Below are positions 34,900-47,200 of a stretch of 52,731 nucleotides of DNA, piece after piece. Position 1 is the stretch's first letter; every line of letters starts with the position of its first letter. The position numbers and the translations under genes were made by a program. The DNA is from a virus (Duplodnaviria; Caudoviricetes): IMG/VR virus record IMGVR_UViG_3300050343_000104, positions 1-52,731 of that record; one strand, 5' to 3'. The notes under the pieces are model-generated. The model did no database searches, had not been told where the DNA came from, and worked only from the letters and a program-made list of their open reading frames with translations.

Positions 34900-37800
34900 A
34901 TGGCTCAACAAATAAAAAATACATTTCTAAAGTCTAAGATGAATAAGGATCTTGACGATAGAATATTACCTAACGGCGAATACAGAGACGCTAGGAACAT
35001 ATCTGTTGGTAGATCCGAAGACGACGATGTAGGAGCTCTAGAAAACGTAATAGGAAATGATCTAATAACCACCACCGATATAGGTCCTGGATTTACTATT
35101 ATAGGAATTAAAGAAGATAATTCTTCAGATCAATTATTTATTTTCTTAACTGATTATACTGATCCTAACCCGTCTAGACCTACTGATGCGCCTATAGGAA
35201 CTAACCATTATATATACGTTTATAATAATATTACAAAAGAATATAGAATTTTAGTAAGAGGTGAGTTTTTAAATTTTTCAACTACTGACCGTATACTAGG
35301 AATAAATTTAATTGAAAATTTATTGTTTTGGACTGATAACAGGAATCAGCCTAGAAAAATTAATATTAATTTAGCCACTACCGCCGGATAATACAATAAA
35401 ATTATGGGAACTCAAGCAGCCGAAGATTATTACACGCAGGAACATCAAATATCTGTAGCTAAATACAACCCTTATCAAGCAATAAAACTATATAATAGAA
35501 TTGATCTTGTTACTAGCGGAGGAGGTACTACTTATTTTGCAATTGATGGAGATGTAGAAAGCTCTATAGAGCCATTTATTGGGGCTACAGTAGTTTCGCC
35601 AGAACAATCTCCTAGCATAACTGGATTACAACATATAAAAGTTACTGGCGTTAGCTATATTTCAGCATTCGGAGAAACAAGGGTAGATGTTTCGCCTAAC
35701 TTCACAGCCCCGTTAGATCCTGATTCTTATGTGTCTTTGATTGAGTCTACAATGACAAATAAAACAGGAGAAAATGATTGGCCTGGAGATCCTGATTTTT
35801 TAGAAGATAAATTCGTTAGGTTTAGTTATAGGTTTAAATTTGATGACAACGAATATTCTTTAATGGCTCCATTTACTCAGATTGCTTATATACCTAAGCA
35901 GAATGGATTTTTTTTAAATGGAGATGAAGAAACAGCTTATCAATCTACGATTGTCCCTTTTATGGAAAATCAAGTACAAAACATTGGGCTAGTAATACCC
36001 CTGCCTACTCAGGCCGGTAGAATAGCTAATGACTATAAAATAAAAGAATTAGAAATATTATTTAGAGAAAGTGACGGAGTAGCTGTTAAAGTTTTAGAAA
36101 GCGTTTCTGTCGGAACGATAGTAGCTCAGGATGGGACACTTAACTATTACACTTATGATTATCAGTCACGTAAACCCTACAAAACTTTGCCAGAGGCTCA
36201 AACAACCCGAGTCTATGATAAAGTGCCAGTAAGAGCATTTTCTCAAGAAAGTTCAGGAAATAGAATTATATATGGTAATTATAGAGATCAGCACACTCCG
36301 CCGCCAAATATAAACTATAATTGCAGAATATCTCAAAAAAGTACTACTGGTAAATACAATAATTGGGTTGAATACCCAAATCATTCTGTAAAAAGAAATA
36401 GAAATTATCAAGTAGGTTTCGTACTGGCTGATAAATTTGGAAGACAATCTCCTGTTATATTATCCTCTGTTGATAAAGGGGTTATTAATAATGGGCAATT
36501 TTATTTTGGTTCCACAATATATAGTCCTTATAATATTGCTCCTGGAGATACCGATGTTAAAAATTGGTTTGGAGATGCTATAATGGTATTAGTAAATTCA
36601 GAAATAACTTCAACAAAAAATTTAGCCGCAGGAACACCGGGTCTTTATGCTATAAAGCAAAACGCCGGCTCTGGATCCGGAGAGGGATATGCGGTAGCCT
36701 TAGGCGGTAATAGCATAAATGGAAACATATACAACTTCAGATTAAACGTTAATCCCCCTTTAGATAATAATAATAATATACCAAGAATTGGAGATTATTT
36801 AAGAGGAGCTTATCAAGACTTTGTTGAAGTTTTAGACATAACAGAAACTAATCCTGCCCAAAACCAATGGCGAGTAACCACAGACGGAGAGGTTAGCCCT
36901 GTTTACTTAAGAGCTGAAAATTTACCCTCTAATGGTACAGATTTAAAATTTGCTTATACAATAAATGATTTAGGTTGGTATAGTTATAAGATAGTTGTAA
37001 AACAAACGCAGCAAGAATATTACAATGTATACCTTCCCGGAATACTCAATGGATATCCTGGACAATCTGGTGCAACCAATCTTCTTTTCCCTGAAACTGA
37101 AACTCTTCCATCAGGCGCCGTTGCCGGCGGAATTGACAACGGCTTATTTCCTAGCGATGAAACAAATGAAACCGCTTTTACAGTTTTATTTAATGACAAT
37201 ATAAATAAAATACCTAGAGATTTATCAGAAGTAGGGCCCGATGAAAAACAATATCGAAGCTCCGTTGTTTTATACGGTAGAGTATCTAACATAATGACAG
37301 TAGGTACCTATGATTCAGAATTAGGTATTTCTGGATCAGAACCGTATAATAGTCAATATTATGCTAGAATTAATTCTACTGGTAAAACTGCAATACAGCA
37401 CACTTCAACGGCTATAGCAAGAGCTAAAGAAGTTAATATGGGATATGCGGATTTATCTACTAGCAACGATCAACATTATGTACCTTTAAAAGCATTTAAT
37501 ACAGGAGCCGTCAATGGAAATAAAGTTTTTTATCAGATTGACACCAATCCTTTAATAGCTAGAATATCTACAGTAAACAAATCTATTGGAGCTAGTGCTT
37601 TAAATTTTGTTTTAACAGAACAGGAGTACGCTATTCCCGGAGGTGTGTGTGAATGAATTATTTATCCGGCAGACAACTTAAATAATCCTTTAGATACCGC
37701 TAACATGAGGCCTTACTTAGCTGTATATGAAACAGCGCCGGTTGAATCATTACTAGAAATATTTTGGGAAACAGCTAGTGAAGGATTAATTGTAGATTTG

Positions 37801-39837
37801 AACGCGGATGTTCTTACTACATCGGGGGGAGCCACTTCTTTTATAGATTTAACCTGGGATTTTACAGAGGCAACTTTGCCAGGAGAATTTGTCACAGGCT
37901 GGTTTATACCTGTAAATATTTCGGGTGAAGTTTTTCAAGGAGATACTCCAACAGCTGAACTGATTGGAGTTACTAACGGAGATGACGAGGAGGTTAGTGA
38001 CCTTTTTGATATTCACGCTGGAACAGGAAATGATGCGGGTAAATTTAAACTAAAGTACGTAGGAGCAAATCCATTAGTTTTTTTAGATTCAAGTAGAGAA
38101 ACTGATGTATATTCTTTTGTAGTGCAAGTTACAACTAATGGAGGAGATGACATTAATGACATACCCATAGAGGGGTTTATTGGCGGGTTTGGTGCTTTAA
38201 GAAATTTAACACCAACCTTATCTTCTTCAAGCCCTATTCCTCCTATATCAACAACTAGAGAAACCAGAGTAATAATACCTGGATATAATGATCCTAATAG
38301 CCCCTGGCAAATTGCGGATCCTAAAAATGGGTCACAGGCTAACAATAGTAATACATTACAATTACATTACTCAATATTAAATCCTGAAGATTTACCTAAC
38401 AACTGGGCAATGGATTCTGCCACAGGAGAGCTTACTCAAGCAATACCTGGAGACGTTATAGATGGAGTTACATTTGGAGGAAATATATCAGCTCTTTACA
38501 ATATTGAAATACAAGTATCTGATGCAAACGCTTCAACTCCTATTGATGACGCTTATGGAAGTTTATTTGTAAATTTTGGTATTCCTATAACAATGGGCTA
38601 TGCCGCTGTTAACCCCGAGGCTCTTAGCGAGACTTGTATAGTTGATCCAGACCCTTCAGACCCTGATCCAGCAATAGAGTTTATATTTACCACTGATCCA
38701 GTCTCTGGTGATGTAGGTGAAGTTAATGGTATATGGTATATAGCCGAAGAAAACAATGCCAATTATCTTGATTTTGAAAATTCAATTTTTAATGAGTACA
38801 ATCTTACGGCTCAAGAAATAAATTTCAAAAAAAGAATTGGTACGGAAGCTCATAAGTCTGGGACAATAGCAATAACAGCCAATTTTAAACAAGATAATGT
38901 ACCCAACCAAGGGGTTACTCAAGCTAATTTTAAATTTAAAACAGTTGCCCATTATTTTAGGCTTGTTTACAGCGTCAATGATGAATTGGAAACTTCCTCG
39001 TGGCAACCAATTCCTCATCAACGTGAATACAATAGATCTTTTCAAGTGTTTGAAGGGCAGGCCCCTAAAACTAACGTAATTGCTTTTAACTCTGGGAATG
39101 CACTTAATAATGATGGATCTTACCACACTTATTCGGGAATAATTGGGGTTGCAGAAGGGACAGCTAAGTCAGTCCAAACCGTAAGAGCTTTTGATTATTT
39201 AAAAATGACAGAACTTGAGCCAGGGGATGATCAGCCGATAGGGGTTGAATATGTTTTTATAATACAAGATTTTGAACAAACCGAGGGGGACACTACTCTT
39301 TATCCGGCTATAGCATGGATAAACGGGGCGGATTTACATTACCCTACATGTGTGCCCTGGGCTGGTACAAACTTAGCTCCTGTGGCAGATTGGGGGGAAA
39401 ATAGAGAATACGAATACTTTAGATCCACCCCAGGAAGCACAAGCCCTAACGTTGAAACAGTATCTACGGCGGACAAGTTATACGCAGAAACTCCTTACGC
39501 TGAATATGTTAATCAATTTTATACCGATCGAACGATGCAAGTACCGTATGAGCCCTCCTTGGAAACTCCTTTTGTAGGCATACAATTTAATCGTGCTTAC
39601 ACTCCTCCGCCTGGGCTTCCAGCTCCTCCTGTGGCTGCTACACTTACCGATTGGGATGGACTTAGAATGTTCGAACCTACTTTTTCAGTAGAGCTAGGGG
39701 AAGATGGCGTTAGAGTGCAATCTTCCACTGGAGTAAACACTATGCCTACCCTTTTAAATTACGAGGGCTCTCTTAGTGCTCAAGACCAGATATTCCTTCA
39801 TCAAGCAGGATTTACTAGAATAAAAACACCTTTATAA
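34900..39837 (+). CDS. large tail stabilisation/nozzle protein; three same-frame ORFs (34900..35391, 35404..37656, 37705..39837) separated by single in-frame stops
   Basis: KMNKDLDDR.LPNGEYRDARNI, LFWTDNRNQPRKINI, FVRFSYRFKFDDNEYS..APF, GNRIIYGNY, VYETAPVESLLEIFWET. Confidence 0.7.
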
Positions 39838-39839
39838 AA

Positions 39840-41408
39840 ATGGCAGCAAATATAGAACTTAAGTATTTTAATACGTTTTGGCTAAAAAAAATAAAATCTA
39901 TAACGCAAGTAAATCCCGGGACATTAGGATATTTAAGCGCTACAGGATCAGGAATTGAAGTAGATGGCTTGCTAGAAGGCATAGGCGTAGGACAAGAAGT
40001 AACTATAAGTTATGACAATTTAGGATCACCTGTTGTTTTTAATAGTTATATAACAGAAATTGTTAGCTCTACAGCAATTAGCAGTATATTTAAAACTAAA
40101 GAAACTTTACAGTCTTCCCCTCCGGTCGGCACAGATGTAGTATTTGGAAAAATTATAAATTTTGATCAAATACCTCAAAGTTATACAGCTGATGAAGAAT
40201 TTGATTGGCTTATAGAAGAGTCAAGAATAACCGGAGGATATAACAACACTTCTGTTGATTTTGGAGTTAAGGCATATATAGTTGAAGATGAGCCTAAACA
40301 GTCTCATAAATTTAGCGGACTAATACATTCAGGTATATTTAACTCTAGGACTGGTTTTAACGCAACTAATCAATTTAGTGTAGGTGAAGATATAACTAGA
40401 ACTATAGATCCATCTAACGGCTCTATACAGCTTTTATACTCGGAAGATACTAACCTTATTATATTCCAGGAAAGTAAAGTAAGTAAATCATTAATAGACA
40501 AAGATGCTATTTATTCTGCAGAGGGTAACGCTAGTTTAACAAGTCGTAATTTAGTTATAGGACAAAATGTTGCTTATGGAGGAGAATACGGTATTAGTAC
40601 AGATCCTGAATCTTTTGCAATAAATGGCTATAGAAAATACTTTACTGACAGAGATCAAAATGTAGTTTGTAGATTATCAATGGACGGTATAACTGTAATT
40701 TCAAATTACGGAATGATAGATTTTTTCAGAGACAAGCTATCTTTAGCTGTTTCCGGGGGTATAAAAGGGGGATGGGATGCTCATAATAAACAATATGTTT
40801 TATCCATAAAATCAGAAACAACTGATGGAAAAGCTACAGAAACTAATACATTAGCTTTTGACGACGCTGTAAAAGGGTGGGTTAGTCTTTTTGATTATAA
40901 TCCTAACCAGATAATTAGTTTAAATAATGATTATTTTACAACATCGGGGGGTAAGCTATATCGGCATTACACATTAGCTCCTAATACTACAGAACGAGGA
41001 AGATTTTATGGGATTGTATATAATTCTAGTGTTACTTTTGTATTTAATCAGGCACCTTCTACGGTAAAGAATTTTCAAACAATAAATTATGAGGGAGATT
41101 CTGGATGGAATATGTCTAGTTTTGTAACTAATACAGACACAGCCCTTCCTATTACACCTGCTGTGTTTTCTAGTACTTTACAAGAATTACAAAATTCTTT
41201 ATTATTAAATAATTTTAAACGTAAAGAAGATAAATATTATGCAGATCTTGTTAACGCTACTCCTTCACAAAGTGGAGAAATTGTTTGGGGATCTTCATCC
41301 TCTGGCTTAAAAGGATTTTATGGGGAAGTAACCATGCGAATAAGCAATAATAATACCGGCAAAAAAGAATTATTTGCAGTTAATGCCAGTTATGTACAGT
41401 CATCTTAA
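39840..41408 (+). CDS. tail stabilisation protein, C-terminal-type subunit
   Basis: IEESRI.GGYN, YGGEYGISTDPESFA, RLSMDGIT.IS.YGM.DFFRD, KGWVS, K.FQTINYEG. Confidence 0.75.
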   Translation: MAANIELKYFNTFWLKKIKSITQVNPGTLGYLSATGSGIEVDGLLEGIGVGQEVTISYDNLGSPVVFNSYITEIVSSTAISSIFKTKETLQSSPPVGTDVVFGKIINFDQIPQSYTADEEFDWLIEESRITGGYNNTSVDFGVKAYIVEDEPKQSHKFSGLIHSGIFNSRTGFNATNQFSVGEDITRTIDPSNGSIQLLYSEDTNLIIFQESKVSKSLIDKDAIYSAEGNASLTSRNLVIGQNVAYGGEYGISTDPESFAINGYRKYFTDRDQNVVCRLSMDGITVISNYGMIDFFRDKLSLAVSGGIKGGWDAHNKQYVLSIKSETTDGKATETNTLAFDDAVKGWVSLFDYNPNQIISLNNDYFTTSGGKLYRHYTLAPNTTERGRFYGIVYNSSVTFVFNQAPSTVKNFQTINYEGDSGWNMSSFVTNTDTALPITPAVFSSTLQELQNSLLLNNFKRKEDKYYADLVNATPSQSGEIVWGSSSSGLKGFYGEVTMRISNNNTGKKELFAVNASYVQSS

Positions 41409-41423
41409 ATTAAATTAAATTAA

Positions 41424-41888
41424 ATGAACAACGAATTATCAATAAATTTTATAAAAGAATTAGAAGTATTACAAAATGTATTTATAGAAAGCAAGGAAAA
41501 AGGGGTATATGGAGACGGCAAAAATTTAGTTAATAACGAAGAGTTTCCTGTTACAAACTATTTTACCGATGGTTTATATATGAGACATCTTAAAATGAAA
41601 GCTGGTAGCTTTGTAATAAGTGCTATACACCATACGAATCATTTTTGGTTTCTTCTTTCAGGTAAAGTAATTGTTAAAGCTGATAATGAAACCGTAGAGC
41701 ATGTAGCTCCTTGTTGGTCGTATTCACTAAAGGGAACTAAAAGAATTGTACAATGTTTAGAAGATTGTGTTTGGATAAATATAATAGCCAATCCTTCTAA
41801 CAATAAAGATATGAAAAAAGTTGAAAATGAATTTTTTTCCATTACCATGGAAGAATACAATAAAAAAGAAAAATTATGTCAGGAATAG
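41424..41888 (+). CDS. cupin-fold protein
   Basis: FTDGLYMR.L.MKAG..VISAIH...HFWFLLSGKV.V...AP......GTKR. Confidence 0.65.
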   Translation: MNNELSINFIKELEVLQNVFIESKEKGVYGDGKNLVNNEEFPVTNYFTDGLYMRHLKMKAGSFVISAIHHTNHFWFLLSGKVIVKADNETVEHVAPCWSYSLKGTKRIVQCLEDCVWINIIANPSNNKDMKKVENEFFSITMEEYNKKEKLCQE

Positions 41889-42595
41889 CAGCAGGAATTG
41901 GCGCAGGCGTATCAATAATAGGCGGTATAATGGGTAACTCTAAAGCTAAAAAACAAGCTAGAGCAGCAGCCAGAGAAAAAGATAGAATAAATAAAGCTAT
42001 GACTGCTTTTGAAAATAATAGACAAGCAGTTATAAATCCTTATAGCGATGTTAAATCTTTAGCTAGTATGGCTACTGACCTTAGTAGCGAAATGTCTAAC
42101 CCTTATGCAGATTTAGGAGTCGCGACAAGCGCCGCTGAAATACAAATGGAACAAACTGATTTAGCTTTAGCTGCTACTTTAGATACTTTGCAAGCAACAG
42201 GAGCAAGCGCTGGCGGAGCAACCGCCTTAGCTAATGCAGCTGCTAGAAGTAAAAAAGATGTTGCTGCTAACATAGAACAGCAAGAAGCTCAAAATGAAAA
42301 ACTAGCAGCACAGGGTGAAGCTGATTTACAAGCTAAACAAATGGCTGAAAAAGCAAGAATACAAGGTATACAAATATCTGAAGGAGGTAGGGCTCAAATG
42401 GCACAAGCGCAAGGTGAAGCTTTTAAATTTCAAGCTCAAGAAGGAAGAGATCAAGCTAAGCTTGACAGAATGGCAGCAGGCCTTACTCAAGCTAGCGCAG
42501 ATCAAGCTAATGCTAATGCTGCAGGAGCGGCTAGTCTTAGTGCTGCAATATCAGGTGTTGGAAATATAGCCTCTGCATATATTGGAAGACCGTAA
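41876..42595 (+). CDS. internal virion / ejection protein
   Basis: Gly-rich hydrophobic termini, A/Q-rich coiled coil; follows tail genes. Confidence 0.7.
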   Translation: MSGIAAGIGAGVSIIGGIMGNSKAKKQARAAAREKDRINKAMTAFENNRQAVINPYSDVKSLASMATDLSSEMSNPYADLGVATSAAEIQMEQTDLALAATLDTLQATGASAGGATALANAAARSKKDVAANIEQQEAQNEKLAAQGEADLQAKQMAEKARIQGIQISEGGRAQMAQAQGEAFKFQAQEGRDQAKLDRMAAGLTQASADQANANAAGAASLSAAISGVGNIASAYIGRP

Positions 42596-42625
42596 TAAAA
42601 AGAAAACAATTAGAAAAAATATAAA

Positions 42626-44188
42626 ATGAGTTATAGAAATCCACAAATAATACAAGATAGATCTGGCGAAATACTAGCTAAAGGCATAGAAAGCTTTGGT
42701 GCATCTATAGCCCAAGGATTGACTAAAAAATTTGATCAAGAACGAAAAGATAGAGAGAAAAGACAGTTAGAAGATAAACAGTATAATAAAGATGTAACAA
42801 GGTTAGCCAATGAAATGGCTAAAAATAAAGCTTTATTTAATGAAGGCATACAGGAAGCGGGAGAATCTATGAGAGCGGGTGCGCTAGATGCTGTAGGTCC
42901 TACCTTGCAAAGAATTTTTGAAATAAAAAAAGTGCAATTAACTGGTAACTCAGATCCAGCATTGGCTGACGAATTAGCTAGGCTAAACATGAAAATTACT
43001 GGATTTAATTCTATGATAAAAGCGGGTATTGCTGTTACCGGAGAGCTGACAGAAGATGTTGCGAATTATGAAGAATGCGGAGAAACATTGTTTTTATCTA
43101 ATGGGCCAGGGGATAGCGAAGAAGAAATTGCCGCAGGAAAAGAGGAGTCTAAAACGTTTTATTTTGCTTTTGGCGGAGCAAAAGGTTATGAAAAAGGCTT
43201 TAGAGAAGAAAACGGTGATATGGTTGCTTATGCAAAAAAGATAGGAGAGGGAGAAAAAGAGTACGTAATACCTAGGTCACAATTTAAGGATCGCATGGAA
43301 GGTTTAACTAAGCCAATGGACAACCTTGAAACTAATTCATCTGAAAGAATTGCGGCTGGATTTTTTACAAAGGAGGGCAAAGGTGCAGACTTAATTAGTA
43401 CCATTAAACATGAAAATAAAGTAAAAATTGAAACAAATGAAGCAGGTGAGCTTAGAAGATATGAAAGACAATACTTTGATACCGAATTTATTGAGGCACA
43501 GAAAAAGAAAAGTTTTGATGAAATTGAAGCTGATATTGATAGTGTTAATGGCGACTCTCAACATCAACAATATTATTTAGATAGCTTGCAAATTGATTAT
43601 AACCCAAAGGGGTGGAAAGAATTAAACGATACAGAAGAGGGTAGAGCTGAAAAAGGTAGAATTTTAAATGAAGTTAACGAAACTATGTTTAATAATCGTC
43701 TTAAAATGAAACAGGATAGCGAAGGAAACTACTATAGACAAATAAGCGATAAGCCAGCAAAAGATCCAAACAAGGGATTAAGTAGCGGTGAGCCAAAGTT
43801 CGGGTCTCAAGCCAATGAAAAAATATTTAGAGAAAAATTAGATAAGTTAAAAGCACAAGCTAAAACATCCAGCGTAGAAGATCTTTTAGGCTTAACATCT
43901 AATATGGCAGGAAAGAATACCAGTCATGTTCTTAAATACACTCCCGCTGCTCCTGGATCAACCGTAATTACTTTACAAGAAGTTAATAAAAAAGACGGCA
44001 ATGCTTCTGAAGATGCTAATAACTATGACCTTACTAATGTTGCGCATGTGATGGGCTTGTTAAGAAAGAGGGGTGCTATAGATGGTAAGCGCGTAAGCGA
44101 CTTAAGAGAATTAGCAGACGTAATAGTTGAAAAATACAAGAAGGCTTCTGAAGTTCCTCCTGCGCCATATATGCCATACAATAATTAA
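42626..44188 (+). CDS. internal virion / ejection protein
   Basis: 520-aa helical, charged; MSYRNPQII start; position. Confidence 0.6.
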   Translation: MSYRNPQIIQDRSGEILAKGIESFGASIAQGLTKKFDQERKDREKRQLEDKQYNKDVTRLANEMAKNKALFNEGIQEAGESMRAGALDAVGPTLQRIFEIKKVQLTGNSDPALADELARLNMKITGFNSMIKAGIAVTGELTEDVANYEECGETLFLSNGPGDSEEEIAAGKEESKTFYFAFGGAKGYEKGFREENGDMVAYAKKIGEGEKEYVIPRSQFKDRMEGLTKPMDNLETNSSERIAAGFFTKEGKGADLISTIKHENKVKIETNEAGELRRYERQYFDTEFIEAQKKKSFDEIEADIDSVNGDSQHQQYYLDSLQIDYNPKGWKELNDTEEGRAEKGRILNEVNETMFNNRLKMKQDSEGNYYRQISDKPAKDPNKGLSSGEPKFGSQANEKIFREKLDKLKAQAKTSSVEDLLGLTSNMAGKNTSHVLKYTPAAPGSTVITLQEVNKKDGNASEDANNYDLTNVAHVMGLLRKRGAIDGKRVSDLRELADVIVEKYKKASEVPPAPYMPYNN

Positions 44189-44211
44189 TAAAATATTAAA
44201 TTTAGTAAAAA

Positions 44212-47200
44212 ATGATTAAATACTTAATAGAAGGAATCGTTGAAACTTTTGACTCTCAAGAAGAAGCTAATGCTTATATAGCTGCGCTAGGACCGGGGGT
44301 TAGTGTGCAATTAGTGGACGATGATACTGATAAAGATAATAACGAAATGACCACTGACGATACAATCCTTAATCCGGATTTTCGTCAAGATGCTGCAAAG
44401 GGTGCGGATGTAGTATCGGGTCCACAACCAGCACAAGATACGGGATTAACATCGGAAGATGGTTCTTTGGACTTACCTCCTGTTGAAACATTTAATATAG
44501 ACGGAAGAGAAGTAACCAAAAAAGAGTTTGACGCTTATTCTAAAAAGCAAGAAGAAACCGAAGACGAGGTTAAAACAATGGACAATTATTTTAGCGATAC
44601 CTGGACAGGCTTTTTTGCTTCAGGAAAAGCGGCATTAGGGTCACAAGCTAGAGTTCCTACTTTCCTTAACGAATTAGCTTATAGTACAGTAGGTAATTTA
44701 TTTTTATCTGATGAGGAGAAAGAAATGATGAGTAGCCTTGATCCTAAAATAAAACAAACAATACTTAATGCTCAAGCTAATGCATCAAGCCCACTAGGCT
44801 CGCTTGCTCAAGCAGGTTTAGAGTATTACGAAGAAGCTAAGATAGCTGAAAAAGAACTGCGATCTAAAATGGAACAGTTTGATACTACTATACTAGAAGA
44901 CTTGGGGAATGGCAATATTGTTAGAGGATTGCAAAGAGCCAGCTCTAGTGCTTTGCAGTCAGCTCCATCTGTTGCGCAGTCTATGATTCCTTACATAGGC
45001 ATAGCCTCTATAGCAGCCGGTGCGGCAGCGGAGGCTTCGGCTGAAGCGCAGGAAGAAGGCAAAGATATAAATCTAAAAACCATGCTTTACGCTGGAACTA
45101 AAGGAGCCGCTGAAGGAGTTTTAGAAACAGTTACCCGGGGAATTGCCAAAGGAATGTTTAAATCATTAACTGGAAAAAGCAAAAGGTTTATAGATAAAAG
45201 CGTTAAAGAGGTAGTAGGAGGAATAATGAAGGATGCTGGTAAAGAAGGTGGCTCTGAAGGTATGACCGAAGTAATAAATGTAATAGCAGAAAATATATAT
45301 CTTGGCAAAGAAACAGGTGTTTTAGAGGGCGTCAAAAGAGTTGGGGAAGCTGCTATAGTTGGAGCTTTCATGGGAGGTAAAATGACAGGAGCGGGCGCAG
45401 CGAGAAGTGTTTTATTTAACACTGTACAAACTAACAAAGTAGATAAAAAGCTTGACCAATCCGAATTTGATAGTCTGAAAAACTCTTTTGACTTAGAAAC
45501 AGGGGTTGATCAGAACATTGTAGATCTTGTTGAGATTAGAGGAGCACTGGGTATAATAGAAAATAAAGCTAAGAAAGAGGTAAGAACAGAGCAAATAACA
45601 CAAGAGGAAGCAGACGAAATAGTTAGTAACTTCAAGGAAATAGAGACAGCTACTAGACAAACCAAAGCCGCGAAAATTGAAAAAGAATTGCAGCCAGAAA
45701 TTGTTGAAAACCTTGCTAGAAAAAATAAATTAATAAAACAAATAAAAGAAATAGATGACTCTACGCTTAGCGCTCCACTTAAGGAGAAAGTAGATCTTCT
45801 AGATACTCTGATAAAAAAAGGAACAATAGCTTCAGTAACAAATAGAAATTTAAAAAACGTTAAAAAAGTAGCTGAAGGTTTTAAAGATGTAGAAATAAAA
45901 GAAGTAGATAACAAAGAGGCTATTGAGATTGCGTCTAAAGTATCAAATAAGACTAAAGAGTCTACTGGTTATGGTTTCATATATCAGGAGGACGGCGTAA
46001 GCAAAATAGTAATTAATAAAGACGAGGTAGCTACCGACGATGTACTAAACACAGGAGCTCATGAATTTTTACATTTCGCTTTAAAAAATATATTTAAGGC
46101 AGCTAACACTGATGCTACATACGAAACGCTTGCTACATCTGTAGGGGATTTACTAGCCAGCTCAGAATTAGTTGGTGATACCCAAAGATTTAATCAAAGG
46201 TTAGAAGACTACCAAGCTGACTTTGAAAAAGGAAATATTTCTGCAGGACAATTGTTTGAAGAACAATTAGTTGTACTTAGCGAGGCTATGCTCGACGGGG
46301 AGTTTGATATAAAAAAGAATCCTAGTATTATGGCTAATCTTAAAGACTTAGCCAGAAAACTATTAAGTGTAATTGGAGTTAAAGCTAAATTTAACTCTGA
46401 TGAAGACGTATTAAACTTTATAAAAGATTACAACAGGTCTATAAGCAAAGGTAAATTTACTTTAGGTCAAAAACGATTAATAAAAGAGGGAGCTAAAGGC
46501 AAACTAATTACTAAAGGTAAAACAAAAAATAAAAAAGAGGCTGTTAAGCAATCCATGAGTAAGAAAATGGATCGTTTAATGAATCAACAAGAGGCTTTAG
46601 TTTCAATGGAGGGTATCTTGGATGCTGCAGAGTTAGATATAATGAAGCAGGAAAACCAACAAAAAATCGATGAACTAAAAGTTAAAGAAGGAGGGATATC
46701 TAAACTAACTACTGCCAAAAAAGCGTCTAAAGAGCCAATGACATTAGAGGAAGCTGACGAAGCTTACGAAGATGCATTAGAGGCATGGAATGAAGCTCCT
46801 GATAACGACGCATTAGAAGCTGAAGTTGAAAAAGCACTTAAAGCGGTTGCAGTTGCTAAAGAACGTTTTGACGAAGGAATGGAAGCTCCTGTAGAAGTTA
46901 AAGCAGAAGAAAAATCTACTGCAAAACCTGTTAGAGAAAAGAAAGATCGTTCTACTAAAAGATATACACTTACAGACGAAGCTAAAGCTAAAGTTGAACC
47001 TTTGATAGAAGAGGCTCAAGCAATGAATAAAGAGTTAAGAGCCGAAGAGAAAAGATTGAATGACGAAAGGATAGCTAAAATAAGAGCTACCCCTGAATCA
47101 GAAATGTCAAGGACTGAACAAGCTAATGCGGTATTGCAAGCTAAAGCTAATCCAATAAGATTAGATAAATCAGTTAAATTGCAAAGACTAGAGACTGAAA

